Source: an uncultured Spirochaetaceae bacterium (GTDB taxonomy: Bacteria > Spirochaetota > Spirochaetia > DTKZ01). From it: a stretch of 64,000 bases of DNA. Made by a program: the position numbers and the translations under genes. The stretch's first letter is position 1. Every line of letters begins with the position of its first letter. The notes below the pieces were generated by a model. It did not search any database, was not told the origin of the DNA, and was given only the letters and a program-made list of their open reading frames with translations. The DNA lies in contig CAYNKA010000004.1 in NCBI GenBank assembly GCA_964397655.1, forward strand, positions 249,413 through 313,412, in the 5' to 3' direction. Positions 55,160-64,000 of this stretch are shown here, one piece after another.

Positions 55160-57343
55160 TCAGATCCTCACGCCGACGAAGAAGCCCGGCCAGACCTTCG
55201 AGAACTCGAGGTGCTCGTCTTCCGTGTCGGCTTCGTGGACGTCGAAGGAGAGGTTGCAGCTCGCGCCCGCGAAGACCGCGAAATGCTCGGCGAAGGAGTA
55301 TCCGAGGTAGATCCGGCCGCGCTGGATCATTTCCGCGGATTCGCGGAAGACGTATCGGGAATGACGATCGGTTTCGTACGTGTTGCCGACGAGGCCCTCC
55401 AGGTTGACGAAGAAACCGCCGAACTTGACCGAAAATCCAAGACCGAGTTCGGCCATCGCCCGCTCTCCGTCGATCCTTCCTCCGACCGAGTACACGTTGT
55501 ATACGTGCTGAGTGCCGTGGATGAATGCCGTGCCGCAGTATCCGCGCTCGTCGGCCCAGGCCATCCCGTGGGTCTGTCCGCCGTTGAGGACGACGGTCAC
55601 GAGGCCGATGGGAATCCCGTCGTTCGTGTCCGCCACGTTGACCACGCCGAGCTGGAGTCCGTGGGCTTCCCTCGTCACGTTGACCACGCCGAGCTGGAGG
55701 CCCCCCGCCGTATTCGACACGTTCACCACGCCGATCGTCGCGGAAGGGGCCGCGTTGTCGACGTTCACGACGCCCATCTGCAGGCCGCTGACGTCGTCTC
55801 CTATGTTGACGATTCCGAAATCCGCCCCGTAGAGATTCTTCCCGTAGTTCACGACCCCGAATCTCGCGCCGGTGAAATTCCCCGTGTAGTTGACGACCCC
55901 GGATTGGACGCCGACGAATTCGCCCGCCGCGACGTTGAAGGAGCCGGACTGGAAGCCTTTGAAGTCTCCTTCCACGATGTTCGCGACCGAGCTGAACTGG
56001 GCCCCGGTGAAATTCCCGCTCACCATGTTCGCGCCGGCGGCGAATTGGGCGCCGGTCACGTTCCTGCCGACGAAGTTCACGCCTGCCGCGAACTGGGCGC
56101 CGGTGACGTCCGTCGTCACCGAACTCAGCGCTACGCTCATCTGCGCTCCGCTGATTTCGTAGGATTTTCCGCCGATAAGGTTGAAGGCCCACTCGTGGCC
56201 GATCCTCATCTCGTCGATTTCCTTGTCGAATGAGAAGATGCTCAAGCTGAACGGCTTCATGAGCACGGGACTCTCGTCCTCTTCCTTTCCTCGGGCAGAC
56301 GCGGACTCCCTCCCTACCGGAGAGAAGAGTGCGATGCCGAGACGGGTCGTCGTGTTCCGCTCGAGGTTCACCTGAGTGCGGAGAAGCCGTTCGCCCGAAA
56401 GGAGGGTGATCGAGTAGACTCCCGAGGGAAGCGAGAACTCCATGCTCTTGTCCGCCTTCTTGAGCGTTTCGGCCACGAGATGCTCCTGCTCGTCCCGAAT
56501 CGAGATGCGGCCCTTGATGGCTTCCTCGAAGACGATCTTGGTTTCCGCGGACCTGACGTCGGTAAGGACGAGATCCCCGCTTCCCGTGAGCTTGATGTTG
56601 TAGGAGGGGTGCTGGGGTCCCGCCTTGGTGTACTCGGTCCGCGCGAGAGTCTCGGCGAAGGCGTGCGAATAGGCCTCGTTCAGGGTGACCTTGCCGTCGC
56701 CCGACGTGTCGGCCGCCCCGCGAAGTCCGGTCACGAGGTAATAGGTGAAGTAGGATCCCCTGATCTTGTCCGATTCCTGGGTGGCCTCGAACTCCGAGCT
56801 CGAGGTGAGGTAGGCGTGGCCGGACATGGAGCTCGATTCGTCCACGAGGAAGGGCTGGGATCTCGTGCCGCCCTTGAGGCGGGTTATCGCCCCCGAGGAG
56901 CAGGAATCGAGGATGACGACTTCGACCTCGGCCTTCATGCTGCCGATCAGGTTCTTGAGGTCCGCGTACAGCACCTTCTCGTTTCCGAGGAGGATGCCTT
57001 CGTCGTCGGAGTGCCCCGAATAGTAGAAGAGGAACTCGGTCCTGGCGACCGTTTTTTTGGATTCAGCCGGCAGATTGCGGAGGTTCGCGAATTCCCGCAG
57101 GAGAGCGCTCCTGTCCGGGGAGTAGAGTATGCGCTCGTGCCTGGGATCGAGGCCTCCGAGTTCCCGCATGACGGCGGAGAAGGCGCGGGCGTCCTTTTCC
57201 GCGTACTTGAGTTCCGATCTTCCCTTGCCGCCCGAGTTCGAGCCGACGAGCAGTGCGATCCGCCTGAGCGTCCTCCCGTCCTCCTGGGCGTGGAGCGCCG
57301 CCAGGAAGCCTGCGAAAAGAAAAACCGTAAGGAGCTTTTTCAT
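55160..57343 (-). CDS. Exported caspase-family (C14) protease with G-x-Q-x-G-x-x-N (LA_2272-like) repeats and a beta-rich C-terminus
   Basis: Signal peptide MKKLLTVFLFAGFLAALHA. FYYSGHS and ILDSC dyad, DTSGDG loop, about 11 repeats (GAQFAAGVN, GLQLGVVNV). Ends WPGFFVGVRI. Confidence 0.88.
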   Translation of the reverse strand: MKKLLTVFLFAGFLAALHAQEDGRTLRRIALLVGSNSGGKGRSELKYAEKDARAFSAVMRELGGLDPRHERILYSPDRSALLREFANLRNLPAESKKTVARTEFLFYYSGHSDDEGILLGNEKVLYADLKNLIGSMKAEVEVVILDSCSSGAITRLKGGTRSQPFLVDESSSMSGHAYLTSSSEFEATQESDKIRGSYFTYYLVTGLRGAADTSGDGKVTLNEAYSHAFAETLARTEYTKAGPQHPSYNIKLTGSGDLVLTDVRSAETKIVFEEAIKGRISIRDEQEHLVAETLKKADKSMEFSLPSGVYSITLLSGERLLRTQVNLERNTTTRLGIALFSPVGRESASARGKEEDESPVLMKPFSLSIFSFDKEIDEMRIGHEWAFNLIGGKSYEISGAQMSVALSSVTTDVTGAQFAAGVNFVGRNVTGAQFAAGANMVSGNFTGAQFSSVANIVEGDFKGFQSGSFNVAAGEFVGVQSGVVNYTGNFTGARFGVVNYGKNLYGADFGIVNIGDDVSGLQMGVVNVDNAAPSATIGVVNVSNTAGGLQLGVVNVTREAHGLQLGVVNVADTNDGIPIGLVTVVLNGGQTHGMAWADERGYCGTAFIHGTQHVYNVYSVGGRIDGERAMAELGLGFSVKFGGFFVNLEGLVGNTYETDRHSRYVFRESAEMIQRGRIYLGYSFAEHFAVFAGASCNLSFDVHEADTEDEHLEFSKVWPGFFVGVRI

Positions 57344-57348
57344 GTAAC

Positions 57349-58125
57349 TCATTCCTTTATCAGTTTGACGGATATGATTTTGTACCTTCCTCCGAACCGG
57401 GCTTCGAGGGCCCGTGCGACGTCCGGTTCCTTCTTGAGCGCGGCCGCGGCGGCCCTGATCTGGCGTCCGTCGAAGAGTTCGTTCGAGGTGATCAGAAGGA
57501 ATATTTCGAAGTCGGGGGCGCTGTCGAGGACGTAGGAGTAATCGAGCAGCTGGAGCCTGCCGCTCTGCAGCGCAACGGCGAGGTCTCCCCTCTCCGGGAG
57601 GTGCTGGGTCACCTGGCCGTTGCCGTCCACGGAAAGAATGATGCCGTAGAGCTCCGCCGCGGAGGCGTAGGCGATCTGGATCGCGTCGCCGGAACGGACG
57701 ACCGCTCCGTTCGTGAGTTCGGCCGCCTCCCCCGAAGTCTTCTTGTAGAGGTAAAGATGGGAGATTCCGCCCTTCACGCGGTAGTCCTCGTCCGGCCCCG
57801 CAGGCTGTCGGAACATGAAGGGGAGGGCGATCACCGCGGCGAGGACCGCGGCGGCTATGCTCAGCGCCGGGAAACGATTTCGGGATTTTCCGGCGGCGAA
57901 ATCGAAGACCGCCCTGCGACGCGGAGCGGCAGACTCCTCGTTCCGGGCGGAGGCGTAGAGCTCGGGCCGAAAGGGGTGTTTCTCGAGTATGCGCTTGTCG
58001 TCCGCCTCGAGGAGGGCGAGACGTTCCGCGATTTCGGGATTCCCGAGCAGCCTCCGGCTTTCTTCCTCGGAAAGCTCGCCCAGCTTGAGTTTTTCCAGAC
58101 GGTAGTCGGAAATGGATTCGTTCAT
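57349..58125 (-). CDS. Membrane anti-sigma factor with periplasmic DUF4384-like domain (ActD-like)
   Basis: N-terminal LEKLKLGELS..E anti-sigma-like helix with no His/Cys, one TM segment (ALSIAAAVLAAVIALPFMF), then YRVKG...V.SGD.IQ..Y...Y..I.SVDG.G.V....P...SY.LD.AP.FE.F. Confidence 0.75.
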   Translation of the reverse strand: MNESISDYRLEKLKLGELSEEESRRLLGNPEIAERLALLEADDKRILEKHPFRPELYASARNEESAAPRRRAVFDFAAGKSRNRFPALSIAAAVLAAVIALPFMFRQPAGPDEDYRVKGGISHLYLYKKTSGEAAELTNGAVVRSGDAIQIAYASAAELYGIILSVDGNGQVTQHLPERGDLAVALQSGRLQLLDYSYVLDSAPDFEIFLLITSNELFDGRQIRAAAAALKKEPDVARALEARFGGRYKIISVKLIKE

Positions 58126-58127
58126 CG

Positions 58128-58631
58128 TTAAAGCTCCTTCTCCGCGCGCAGGGCCAGGCTTTTCGCCTTGAGGGTCCTGAGCCGCTTCCGCACGCCGGAA
58201 ACGGACATCCCCGCGATTTCGGCGGTCTCATCCAAGGTCAGGCCGTCGACGTAATACAGGACGGCGATCGTTCTCGTCGACGTTTTCGAAGCGTCCGTAT
58301 CGTCCCCGCCGAAGATGCGGTCGAGGACGCTTCTCGCGGCCGAGACTTCCGCGATGTCTTCTCCGGAGGCTATCTCTTCCATGAGATCCTGGTTCCCGGC
58401 TATCCTCGCCCGCTTTCTCCTTCGCAGCGCATTGATGCTCACGTTCGTCGCGATGCGGTACATGAGGCTGCTGGGATAATCCGAGGTCAACGTATTCCGC
58501 CTGCGTAGCACCTGCATGAACGCGTCCTGCATCGCGTCGGCCGCGAGCTCCTCGTCCTTGAGAAGACCGAGACAGCGCCTGAAGACCATGGGGCCGTATT
58601 TCCTGTACAGAGCTTCGATGTCGATGCTCAA
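58128..58631 (-). CDS. ECF sigma-70 factor
   Basis: LY..YGP.VFRRC..LL.DE..A.DA.QD.F (region 2), IATN..IN.LR, and G.TLDE.A...G.SVSGVRKRL (region 4). Start taken as TTG at 58631. Confidence 0.92.
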   Translation of the reverse strand: MSIDIEALYRKYGPMVFRRCLGLLKDEELAADAMQDAFMQVLRRRNTLTSDYPSSLMYRIATNVSINALRRRKRARIAGNQDLMEEIASGEDIAEVSAARSVLDRIFGGDDTDASKTSTRTIAVLYYVDGLTLDETAEIAGMSVSGVRKRLRTLKAKSLALRAEKEL

Positions 58632-58752
58632 AGCAACCTCGTTTTTCCGTCCTCTATTATGCAACACCTGAAGGCGTGAAAAGCGTCACCGAGGCGGGAG
58701 GATATTTTCCTGAAGTTTGGCGAATCCGATCGCGGAGCGGAGGCGAGGACGG

Positions 58753-59271
58753 TCACCAGCCGTCGTAGTGTATCGCGCCGGGATTGTACTTGTCCTTGGG
58801 AGCCGGTGCGTTTCCCGCTATGACCCCCGCGGGGATCACGTTGAGCGGTACGATCCCGGCCGGGATGCCCAGAATCCTGCGAACCGGGGCCATCCTCGCC
58901 TCGTCCGGATACACCGCCGTCCATACGGCTCCGAGACCGAGGGAATGGACGGCCAGCAGGATGTTCTCCGCAACGGCGGCGCAGTCCTCCGTCCAGTGCC
59001 GTTTTGCGGCGTCTCCCTTTTCGGGATTTCCGCATACGACGAAGGCCGCCGCGGCCTTGTCGAGCATCTTCGCGTAGGGAAGCGCGTCGCAGAGCGCGTC
59101 GAGTTTTTTCCTGTCCGTCACGACGACGAGGTCCCAGGGCTGGACGTTCATCGCGCTCGGAGCGGCCATTCCCGCCTTGGCGATCTTGAGCAGCGTCTCC
59201 CTCGGGACCGTTTCGCCCGTGAACTTCCTCACGCTGGTCCGGGTCATGATGACCGATTCTATGAAATCCAT
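58753..59271 (-). CDS. Nitroreductase family protein
   Basis: TRTSVRKF, APSAMN.QPW and ENILLA.H.LGLG..W motifs. Confidence 0.92.
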   Translation of the reverse strand: MDFIESVIMTRTSVRKFTGETVPRETLLKIAKAGMAAPSAMNVQPWDLVVVTDRKKLDALCDALPYAKMLDKAAAAFVVCGNPEKGDAAKRHWTEDCAAVAENILLAVHSLGLGAVWTAVYPDEARMAPVRRILGIPAGIVPLNVIPAGVIAGNAPAPKDKYNPGAIHYDGW

Positions 59272-59294
59272 GGTTTCTCCTTGCCGGCTTTTCA

Positions 59295-60122
59295 TCAGGG
59301 CGCGGCTTCCGGGTCCAGCAGGACGAGCGGGCCGCCGTATTCTTCCAGGGACGAGACGCGGTAGTAGGGCTTCTCGCGGAGCACGTCGCCGAAGGCGTCG
59401 AGCAGGTCGCCGGCGAGCCAATGCTCGGGTCTTCTCCGGCCCGTGCCCGATACGAGGGCCAGGGGACTGTTGATCATCTTGCCTTTTTCGTCCTGGTGGT
59501 CCCTGGGCCGCTTGAGGTTCATGACCTCGACTATGACGCCCCGGCGCACGTGCTCGTGGACGTAATGGATCGTGCCGTCCTCCTCGACGGCGACCACGAC
59601 AGCGGCGTGGGTGCGCGGGTCGTTCGTCAGGTTTCCGTCGCCGTTCGCGTCCCAGGTGTTGTCCCAGATGACGGCATCGCCCGGCCGGGGAATCGCGTCG
59701 CGGTGAAGCGCCCCTCTCGCCTGGAGACTTTGATAGAAGCGCCCGACGCCGTTCCCGTTGTATTTCCCGAAGTCCTTGGTGACGTCTATGCCGAGACGGT
59801 AATAGACGGCGGCGACGGTCCCTATGCAGTCCAAGACGAAGGTTCTGCCGTTCACGACCACCTTGGCCTCCGGCGGCTGGCCAACGAGGAGCTTCGCCGA
59901 GGCGATGACGTCCCTTTCCTCCTGGGAGAGGGGGCGGGCGACGGCGTCCGCACTGCGGTAGCGCCCGGGCTCCTCGACCCGCGGCTTTTCCGGAGCGGCG
60001 GGCTTCGGCGCCTGCTTCTTCACGGCAGGGGCGGACGAGCACCCGGCGAACGCGAAGACGACTGAAACGAGGACGGGAACCGCGATCGAGGAAAGCGGAG
60101 TCCCGAGTCGATCTTTTTTCAT
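59295..60122 (-). CDS. NlpC/P60-CHAP-like lipoprotein (Cys/His peptidase)
   Basis: Lipobox FAGC, LDCIG (catalytic Cys), PRPGD..IWDNTWDANGDG and THAAVV. Confidence 0.75.
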   Translation of the reverse strand: MKKDRLGTPLSSIAVPVLVSVVFAFAGCSSAPAVKKQAPKPAAPEKPRVEEPGRYRSADAVARPLSQEERDVIASAKLLVGQPPEAKVVVNGRTFVLDCIGTVAAVYYRLGIDVTKDFGKYNGNGVGRFYQSLQARGALHRDAIPRPGDAVIWDNTWDANGDGNLTNDPRTHAAVVVAVEEDGTIHYVHEHVRRGVIVEVMNLKRPRDHQDEKGKMINSPLALVSGTGRRRPEHWLAGDLLDAFGDVLREKPYYRVSSLEEYGGPLVLLDPEAAP

Positions 60123-60288
60123 GGAATCCCCCTGGTCCGCGGGCCGGGCCGCACGTAATCATTATGAATCACTTTCGGCGAAATTCAAGAGGCGGCGGAT
60201 TAACGTTTCGCTTCGATCCGTTTACAATGCCGGAAACGTCGCGAACCCGCCGTCCGGCCGGAGAACGCGCCGTGGGGAGGCTTCGAGC

Positions 60289-61437
60289 ATGGCCAGGGAT
60301 CCGCAGCATGAAAAATGGAACGCCGTCTTCGCGGGGCTGAAGGACTCCGAACCCGTCTGCGACGACTGGCTCGACGCCTATGCCGGGGCGCTGTCCGCGG
60401 CACGCGACCTCTTCGTCATAGACCTGGGCTGCGGCTCCGGAAACGATACGAAGTACCTGCTCGAACGGGGATACCGGGTGACTGCCTGCGACTATTCGGG
60501 CGAGGCGATCGAACGCGTCCGGAGGCTTTTCCCGCAGGCGGAAACGAGGCTCTTCGACATGCGGGACGGCCTGCCCTTCCCCGACGCTTCGACCCGCGCG
60601 ATCGTCGCCGATCTTTCCCTTCATTATTTCCCGTGGGAGACGACGCGGCGGATCGCGGCGGAAATAGCCCGGATTCTCCCGGCCGGGGGCCTCTTCCTGT
60701 GCCGGCTGAATTCCGTGCGCGACGTGAACCACGGAGCCGGCGAAGGCGAAGAGATCGAACGGCACTATTATCGCACCGCGGCGGGCCCGAAGCGTTTCTT
60801 CGACGAGGACGACGTCGACTCGCTGTTCACCGAGGGCTGGCTTTGGATCGCGAAGGCGGAGAAAAGGCTTTCCCGCTACGAAAAGGAAAAATCGCTCTGG
60901 GAGCTCGCGCTGAGGAGGACCGCCGCCGGAGCGGTTCGGACCGGACTTCCCTCCGCCGGACCCTTGAGACTCAGGCCCCACCACATCCTCGACATCGTGA
61001 GGAACGTCGGCAACGGCCGGGAGGCGAAGCCCCACGAGTACGGGCATCTCGTCCACCTCGTCACGGATGAAATCGTCCGCAACCCCGGACGAGAATGCCG
61101 CCTCGTGGTAGGAAGCGACGACGTCTGCGGACCCTGCGCCCGCCTGTCGCGGGACGGCAGGTGCGACGACGTACTCGCTCAGCTCGATCCGCCGCTCTCG
61201 AAGCAGGCATACAACGACGAACTCGACCGGAGGCTGCTCGCCTTCTTCGGACTCCCGGAAAACCGCGTCCTCCGCGTCTCCGAGTTCCTCGCTCTGGCCG
61301 CGGCCCGTCTCGACGAGGTCGTGAAGATCTGCACCCACCCCAAGGAGGACGAGAGGTCCCGGCGAGAAGGTCTCGGGAAGGGAATCCTGCTGCTTGGAAT
61401 AAACGGCCGGCCCGGAGCGGGAGACGGCCCCGCATGA
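60289..61437 (+). CDS. Class I SAM methyltransferase fused to a DUF1284-like Cys-rich domain
   Basis: IDLGCGSG, ACDYS and ADLSLHYF, then LRLRPHHILD...DDVCGPC...C...CTH. Confidence 0.72.
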   Translation: MARDPQHEKWNAVFAGLKDSEPVCDDWLDAYAGALSAARDLFVIDLGCGSGNDTKYLLERGYRVTACDYSGEAIERVRRLFPQAETRLFDMRDGLPFPDASTRAIVADLSLHYFPWETTRRIAAEIARILPAGGLFLCRLNSVRDVNHGAGEGEEIERHYYRTAAGPKRFFDEDDVDSLFTEGWLWIAKAEKRLSRYEKEKSLWELALRRTAAGAVRTGLPSAGPLRLRPHHILDIVRNVGNGREAKPHEYGHLVHLVTDEIVRNPGRECRLVVGSDDVCGPCARLSRDGRCDDVLAQLDPPLSKQAYNDELDRRLLAFFGLPENRVLRVSEFLALAAARLDEVVKICTHPKEDERSRREGLGKGILLLGINGRPGAGDGPA

Positions 61438-61524
61438 GGGGTCGGGATGCAGGGCGGCCGCAGGCCGAAGAGGACTCCCCCCCGGACGGTCTCCGCGGCG
61501 CCCGCGCGCTGAAGGACTCGCGGA

Positions 61525-62622
61525 TCAGAGCGTGAGCCGATACGGCTCCAGCATGTCCCGTTTGAAGTCCACGCCGGTTCCCGGGACGTCCGGGGCCGCG
61601 GCGAGGCCCTCCGAGTTCAGGACGAGGGGCCTCGTCGTGTATCTGTCGAGGGGAAAGCTGTGGACCTCGAGATACCCCGAATTCGGTACGCCGGCCAGGA
61701 GGCTCACGTGGAGTTCCTGCATGCCGTGGGACGAAACCGGCAGGTTGTAGAACTGGGCGAGGTTCGCCACCTTGAGCCAGCCCGTGATTCCTCCGACGTT
61801 CGATGCGTCAGGTTGGGGGAAGTCGATCCTTCCGGTCGCGATCGCCTCGCGGAATTCGAGCATCGTATGCAGGTTCTCTCCCATGGCCAGGGCAAGGCCT
61901 CCTTCCTTCCGTATCCTGTCGTAGCTCGGAAAGTCGTCGGGCACGGTCGGCTCTTCCAGCCAGAAGACATCGTAATCCCGCATCGCCCGCGCGGCTTTGA
62001 TCGCGCTTTCCGCCGTCCATTTCATGTTCGCGTCGACCATGAGAATCCTTTCGCTTCCCAGGAGATCGCGTATGGCCCTGATCCTCGCGAGATCGTCCTC
62101 GAGCCTCGGCTTTCCCACCTTTATCTTCACGGCGGGGAATCCGCGCTCGATGTACTTCCCGACGTTCGCCTTCAGTCCGTCGAGGTCGTAATGGAGGTCG
62201 ATTCCCCCGCCGTAGGCCTTGGCCGTTTCGCTTCTGCCGCCGGCGAGGATCCTGAGAGGGAGACCTGCCTTTTTTCCCCGCAGATCCCAGAGGGCTATAT
62301 CCACCGCGGAAACCGCGAAGCCCGCCACGCCTCCCCTCCCGACGTAATGGATGCGCCAGTTCATGCCGTGCCAGAGGGTTTCGATGCAATCAGCGTCCTT
62401 CCCGATCAGGAAAGGCTTGAGATCGTATTCGGCGACCTGGAAGATCGCCCTTCCGCCGAAGCCTCCGGTATAGGTGTAGCCGGTTCCCGTTCTTCCGTCC
62501 GCGGTTTCGATGTCGACGATGACGAGTTCGAAGTGGGTGTGGTCGCCGTGCACCGCGTCCGCCAGAACCTCGTCCAGGGGCACGCGATAATAGGTTACCC
62601 GCAGTTCCTTGATTTCACTCAT
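61525..62622 (-). CDS. Mandelate racemase / enolase-superfamily sugar-acid dehydratase
   Basis: SAVDIALWDL.GK, KIKVG, MVDAN, WLEEP, GEN, QPD and SSHG motifs. Confidence 0.92.
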   Translation of the reverse strand: MSEIKELRVTYYRVPLDEVLADAVHGDHTHFELVIVDIETADGRTGTGYTYTGGFGGRAIFQVAEYDLKPFLIGKDADCIETLWHGMNWRIHYVGRGGVAGFAVSAVDIALWDLRGKKAGLPLRILAGGRSETAKAYGGGIDLHYDLDGLKANVGKYIERGFPAVKIKVGKPRLEDDLARIRAIRDLLGSERILMVDANMKWTAESAIKAARAMRDYDVFWLEEPTVPDDFPSYDRIRKEGGLALAMGENLHTMLEFREAIATGRIDFPQPDASNVGGITGWLKVANLAQFYNLPVSSHGMQELHVSLLAGVPNSGYLEVHSFPLDRYTTRPLVLNSEGLAAAPDVPGTGVDFKRDMLEPYRLTL

Positions 62623-62675
62623 TCCTGTCCCTCGCTCTCCGTCTATCTTTACAGTATGCGAGGCGGGAAACTCGT

Positions 62676-62703
62676 TGTCAAATGTCGAATGTAGACATAT
62701 AGT
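62676..62703. promoter_or_regulatory. Divergent promoter region with 7-bp periodic GntR-type operator
   Basis: TGTCAAA-TGTCGAA-TGTAGAC (62676-62696), containing a minus-strand TTGACA, and TATAGT at 62698-62703. Confidence 0.5.
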
Positions 62704-62710
62704 CTCTTGT

Positions 62711-63316
62711 ATGAGAGGGAAAGTGTACCGCACCATCTCCGAACAGGTTTTCGGCAGACTGCGGCTGGAAATTCTGTCCGGCGAGCTTTCGCACGGGAGC
62801 GATCTCAAGGAAGAATCGATATCCGTGCGCTTCGGCGTGAGCAGGGGGCCGGTACGCGAGGCGTTCAAGGAACTCACGCGATACGGGCTGATCGTTCCGC
62901 GGGGCAAGGCCGGCTACAAGGTGTCCATGCCTGCGATCGCTGACGTCCGGTCGCTCATCGTCGAGCTCAGGAGGAAGATCGAGATTTTCGTCGCCCGGAA
63001 AATTCTGGACAAGGTGACGGACGATGATTTGTCCAACCTGCAGGAAATCCTGAAACGACAGCTCGAAGCCTGCGAGTCCAACGACGTCATGGCGGTACGC
63101 GAAACGGATTTCGAGTTCCACGAGGCTCTCGTTCGAAAATACCGGGACAATGACGTGGAGGATTTGTGGCGGTCCGCCATCAACAGGATGATGATGACGT
63201 ACGTCAGGCACAGGGTGCTGTTCGACAATTATTCCGAGCATTGCGAAATACTCGAGAAGTTGAAGCGCCGTGATCTTCCCGGACTCGTGAAGGCTCTCGA
63301 GCAGAATATTCAATAG
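62711..63316 (+). CDS. GntR family regulator (FCD domain)
   Basis: L.E..IS.RFGVSRGPVREA and D.EFHE motifs. Confidence 0.9.
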   Translation: MRGKVYRTISEQVFGRLRLEILSGELSHGSDLKEESISVRFGVSRGPVREAFKELTRYGLIVPRGKAGYKVSMPAIADVRSLIVELRRKIEIFVARKILDKVTDDDLSNLQEILKRQLEACESNDVMAVRETDFEFHEALVRKYRDNDVEDLWRSAINRMMMTYVRHRVLFDNYSEHCEILEKLKRRDLPGLVKALEQNIQ

Positions 63317-63371
63317 GTATCACGGATTCTGGGCGGCGGCCTTCCCTGGTGTCATACCGAACATAAAAATG

Positions 63372-63400
63372 TTGACAATTAACAACCGGTGACTTACTCT
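63372..63400 (+). promoter_or_regulatory. Sigma70 promoter of the third TRAP locus
   Basis: TTGACA, 17 bp spacer, TACTCT. Confidence 0.7.
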
Positions 63401-63431
63401 TTTTTATATCCTTCGAAAAAGGGGGTTCCGA

Positions 63432-64000
63432 ATGAAAAAGATGTTTCCGGCCTTGTGCATCCTCTGTCTTGCGGCTTTCATCGCGGGTTCCGCATACGCG
63501 GGCGGCTCGAAGGAGCCGGAAAAGATCAAGATGAAGATCTATACCGCGTATCCCGCCGGGGACGAATCCTACGTCACGGCCACGGAATTCGCGAAGCGCG
63601 TAGCCGACCTGAGCAACTCCGCGATCACCGCCGAGGTTTTCCACAGCGGCTCGATGGGCGGAGAAAAAGAGACCGTTCAGGCAGTCAAGCTCGGCGATGC
63701 CCAGGGGGTTACAACCGGCCTGCTTCCCGTAACCATGTTCACCCAGGATTACGGATTCTTCGACGGGATCTACGTCTTCAAGGATTTCGATCACTTCCAG
63801 AAGGTTTGGGACGGAAAACCGGGCGATGGGATCAAGAAAATCCTTCTCGACAACAATCTCAGGACCGCCGGGGTCTATATGCGCGGAATGAGGAACCTCG
63901 CCGCCAACAAGATCATCAAGACCCCCGAAGACGGCAAGGGCCTGAAGCTCAGGACTCCCCAGGATCCAGCCATGGTTCTGACCTACAAGACCATCGGTTT
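63432..64000 (+). CDS. dctP: TRAP substrate-binding protein (partial, runs off the window end)
   Basis: Not in the ORF track. MKKMFPALCILCLAAFIAGSAYAGGSKE, then FHSGSMGGEKE, RGMRNL and PED.KGLKLRTP. Confidence 0.88.
   Translation, partial: MKKMFPALCILCLAAFIAGSAYAGGSKEPEKIKMKIYTAYPAGDESYVTATEFAKRVADLSNSAITAEVFHSGSMGGEKETVQAVKLGDAQGVTTGLLPVTMFTQDYGFFDGIYVFKDFDHFQKVWDGKPGDGIKKILLDNNLRTAGVYMRGMRNLAANKIIKTPEDGKGLKLRTPQDPAMVLTYKTIG

Noticed and set aside
55600-56160. Near-identical ~20-nt repeats (TTGACCACGCCGAGCTGGAG etc.) that might suggest a CRISPR array
   Set aside because: They are in-frame coding repeats (GLQLGVVNV) of the caspase protein, degenerate at wobble positions. No cas genes are present.
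58655-58690. GCAAC-N18-CGTC, resembling an ECF promoter, near the sigma gene
   Set aside because: It is on the plus strand, pointing away from the sigma operon, and the motif is too short to support.

Overview
This 64 kb GC-rich bacterial window is most likely from a spirochaete, inferred from the lipoprotein and substrate-binding-protein signal styles and the gene families present. It is mostly metabolic and envelope genes: purE, nadE, proBA, uxaC, kdgK/eda, three TRAP loci (the last is partial), several GntR/FadR/MocR/AraC regulators, a YhaO/YhaN (Mre11/Rad50-like) pair, SPFH-SPFH-NfeD, and a FIST + soluble MCP pair. I saw no rRNA, tRNA, CRISPR array, transposase or integrase. The most unusual items are: (1) an ECF sigma / DUF4384-like membrane anti-sigma / exported caspase-family protease operon that looks like a protease-based trans-envelope signalling system; (2) an intact HemL-fold ORF that has lost its PLP lysine and active-site loops and is translationally coupled to the nuclease/ATPase pair; (3) at least five gene remnants with the middle deleted, most keeping both ends; (4) a sugar-acid TRAP operon with three UroD/MtaA-fold proteins. 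All family calls come from motif recognition by eye; no database search was run.
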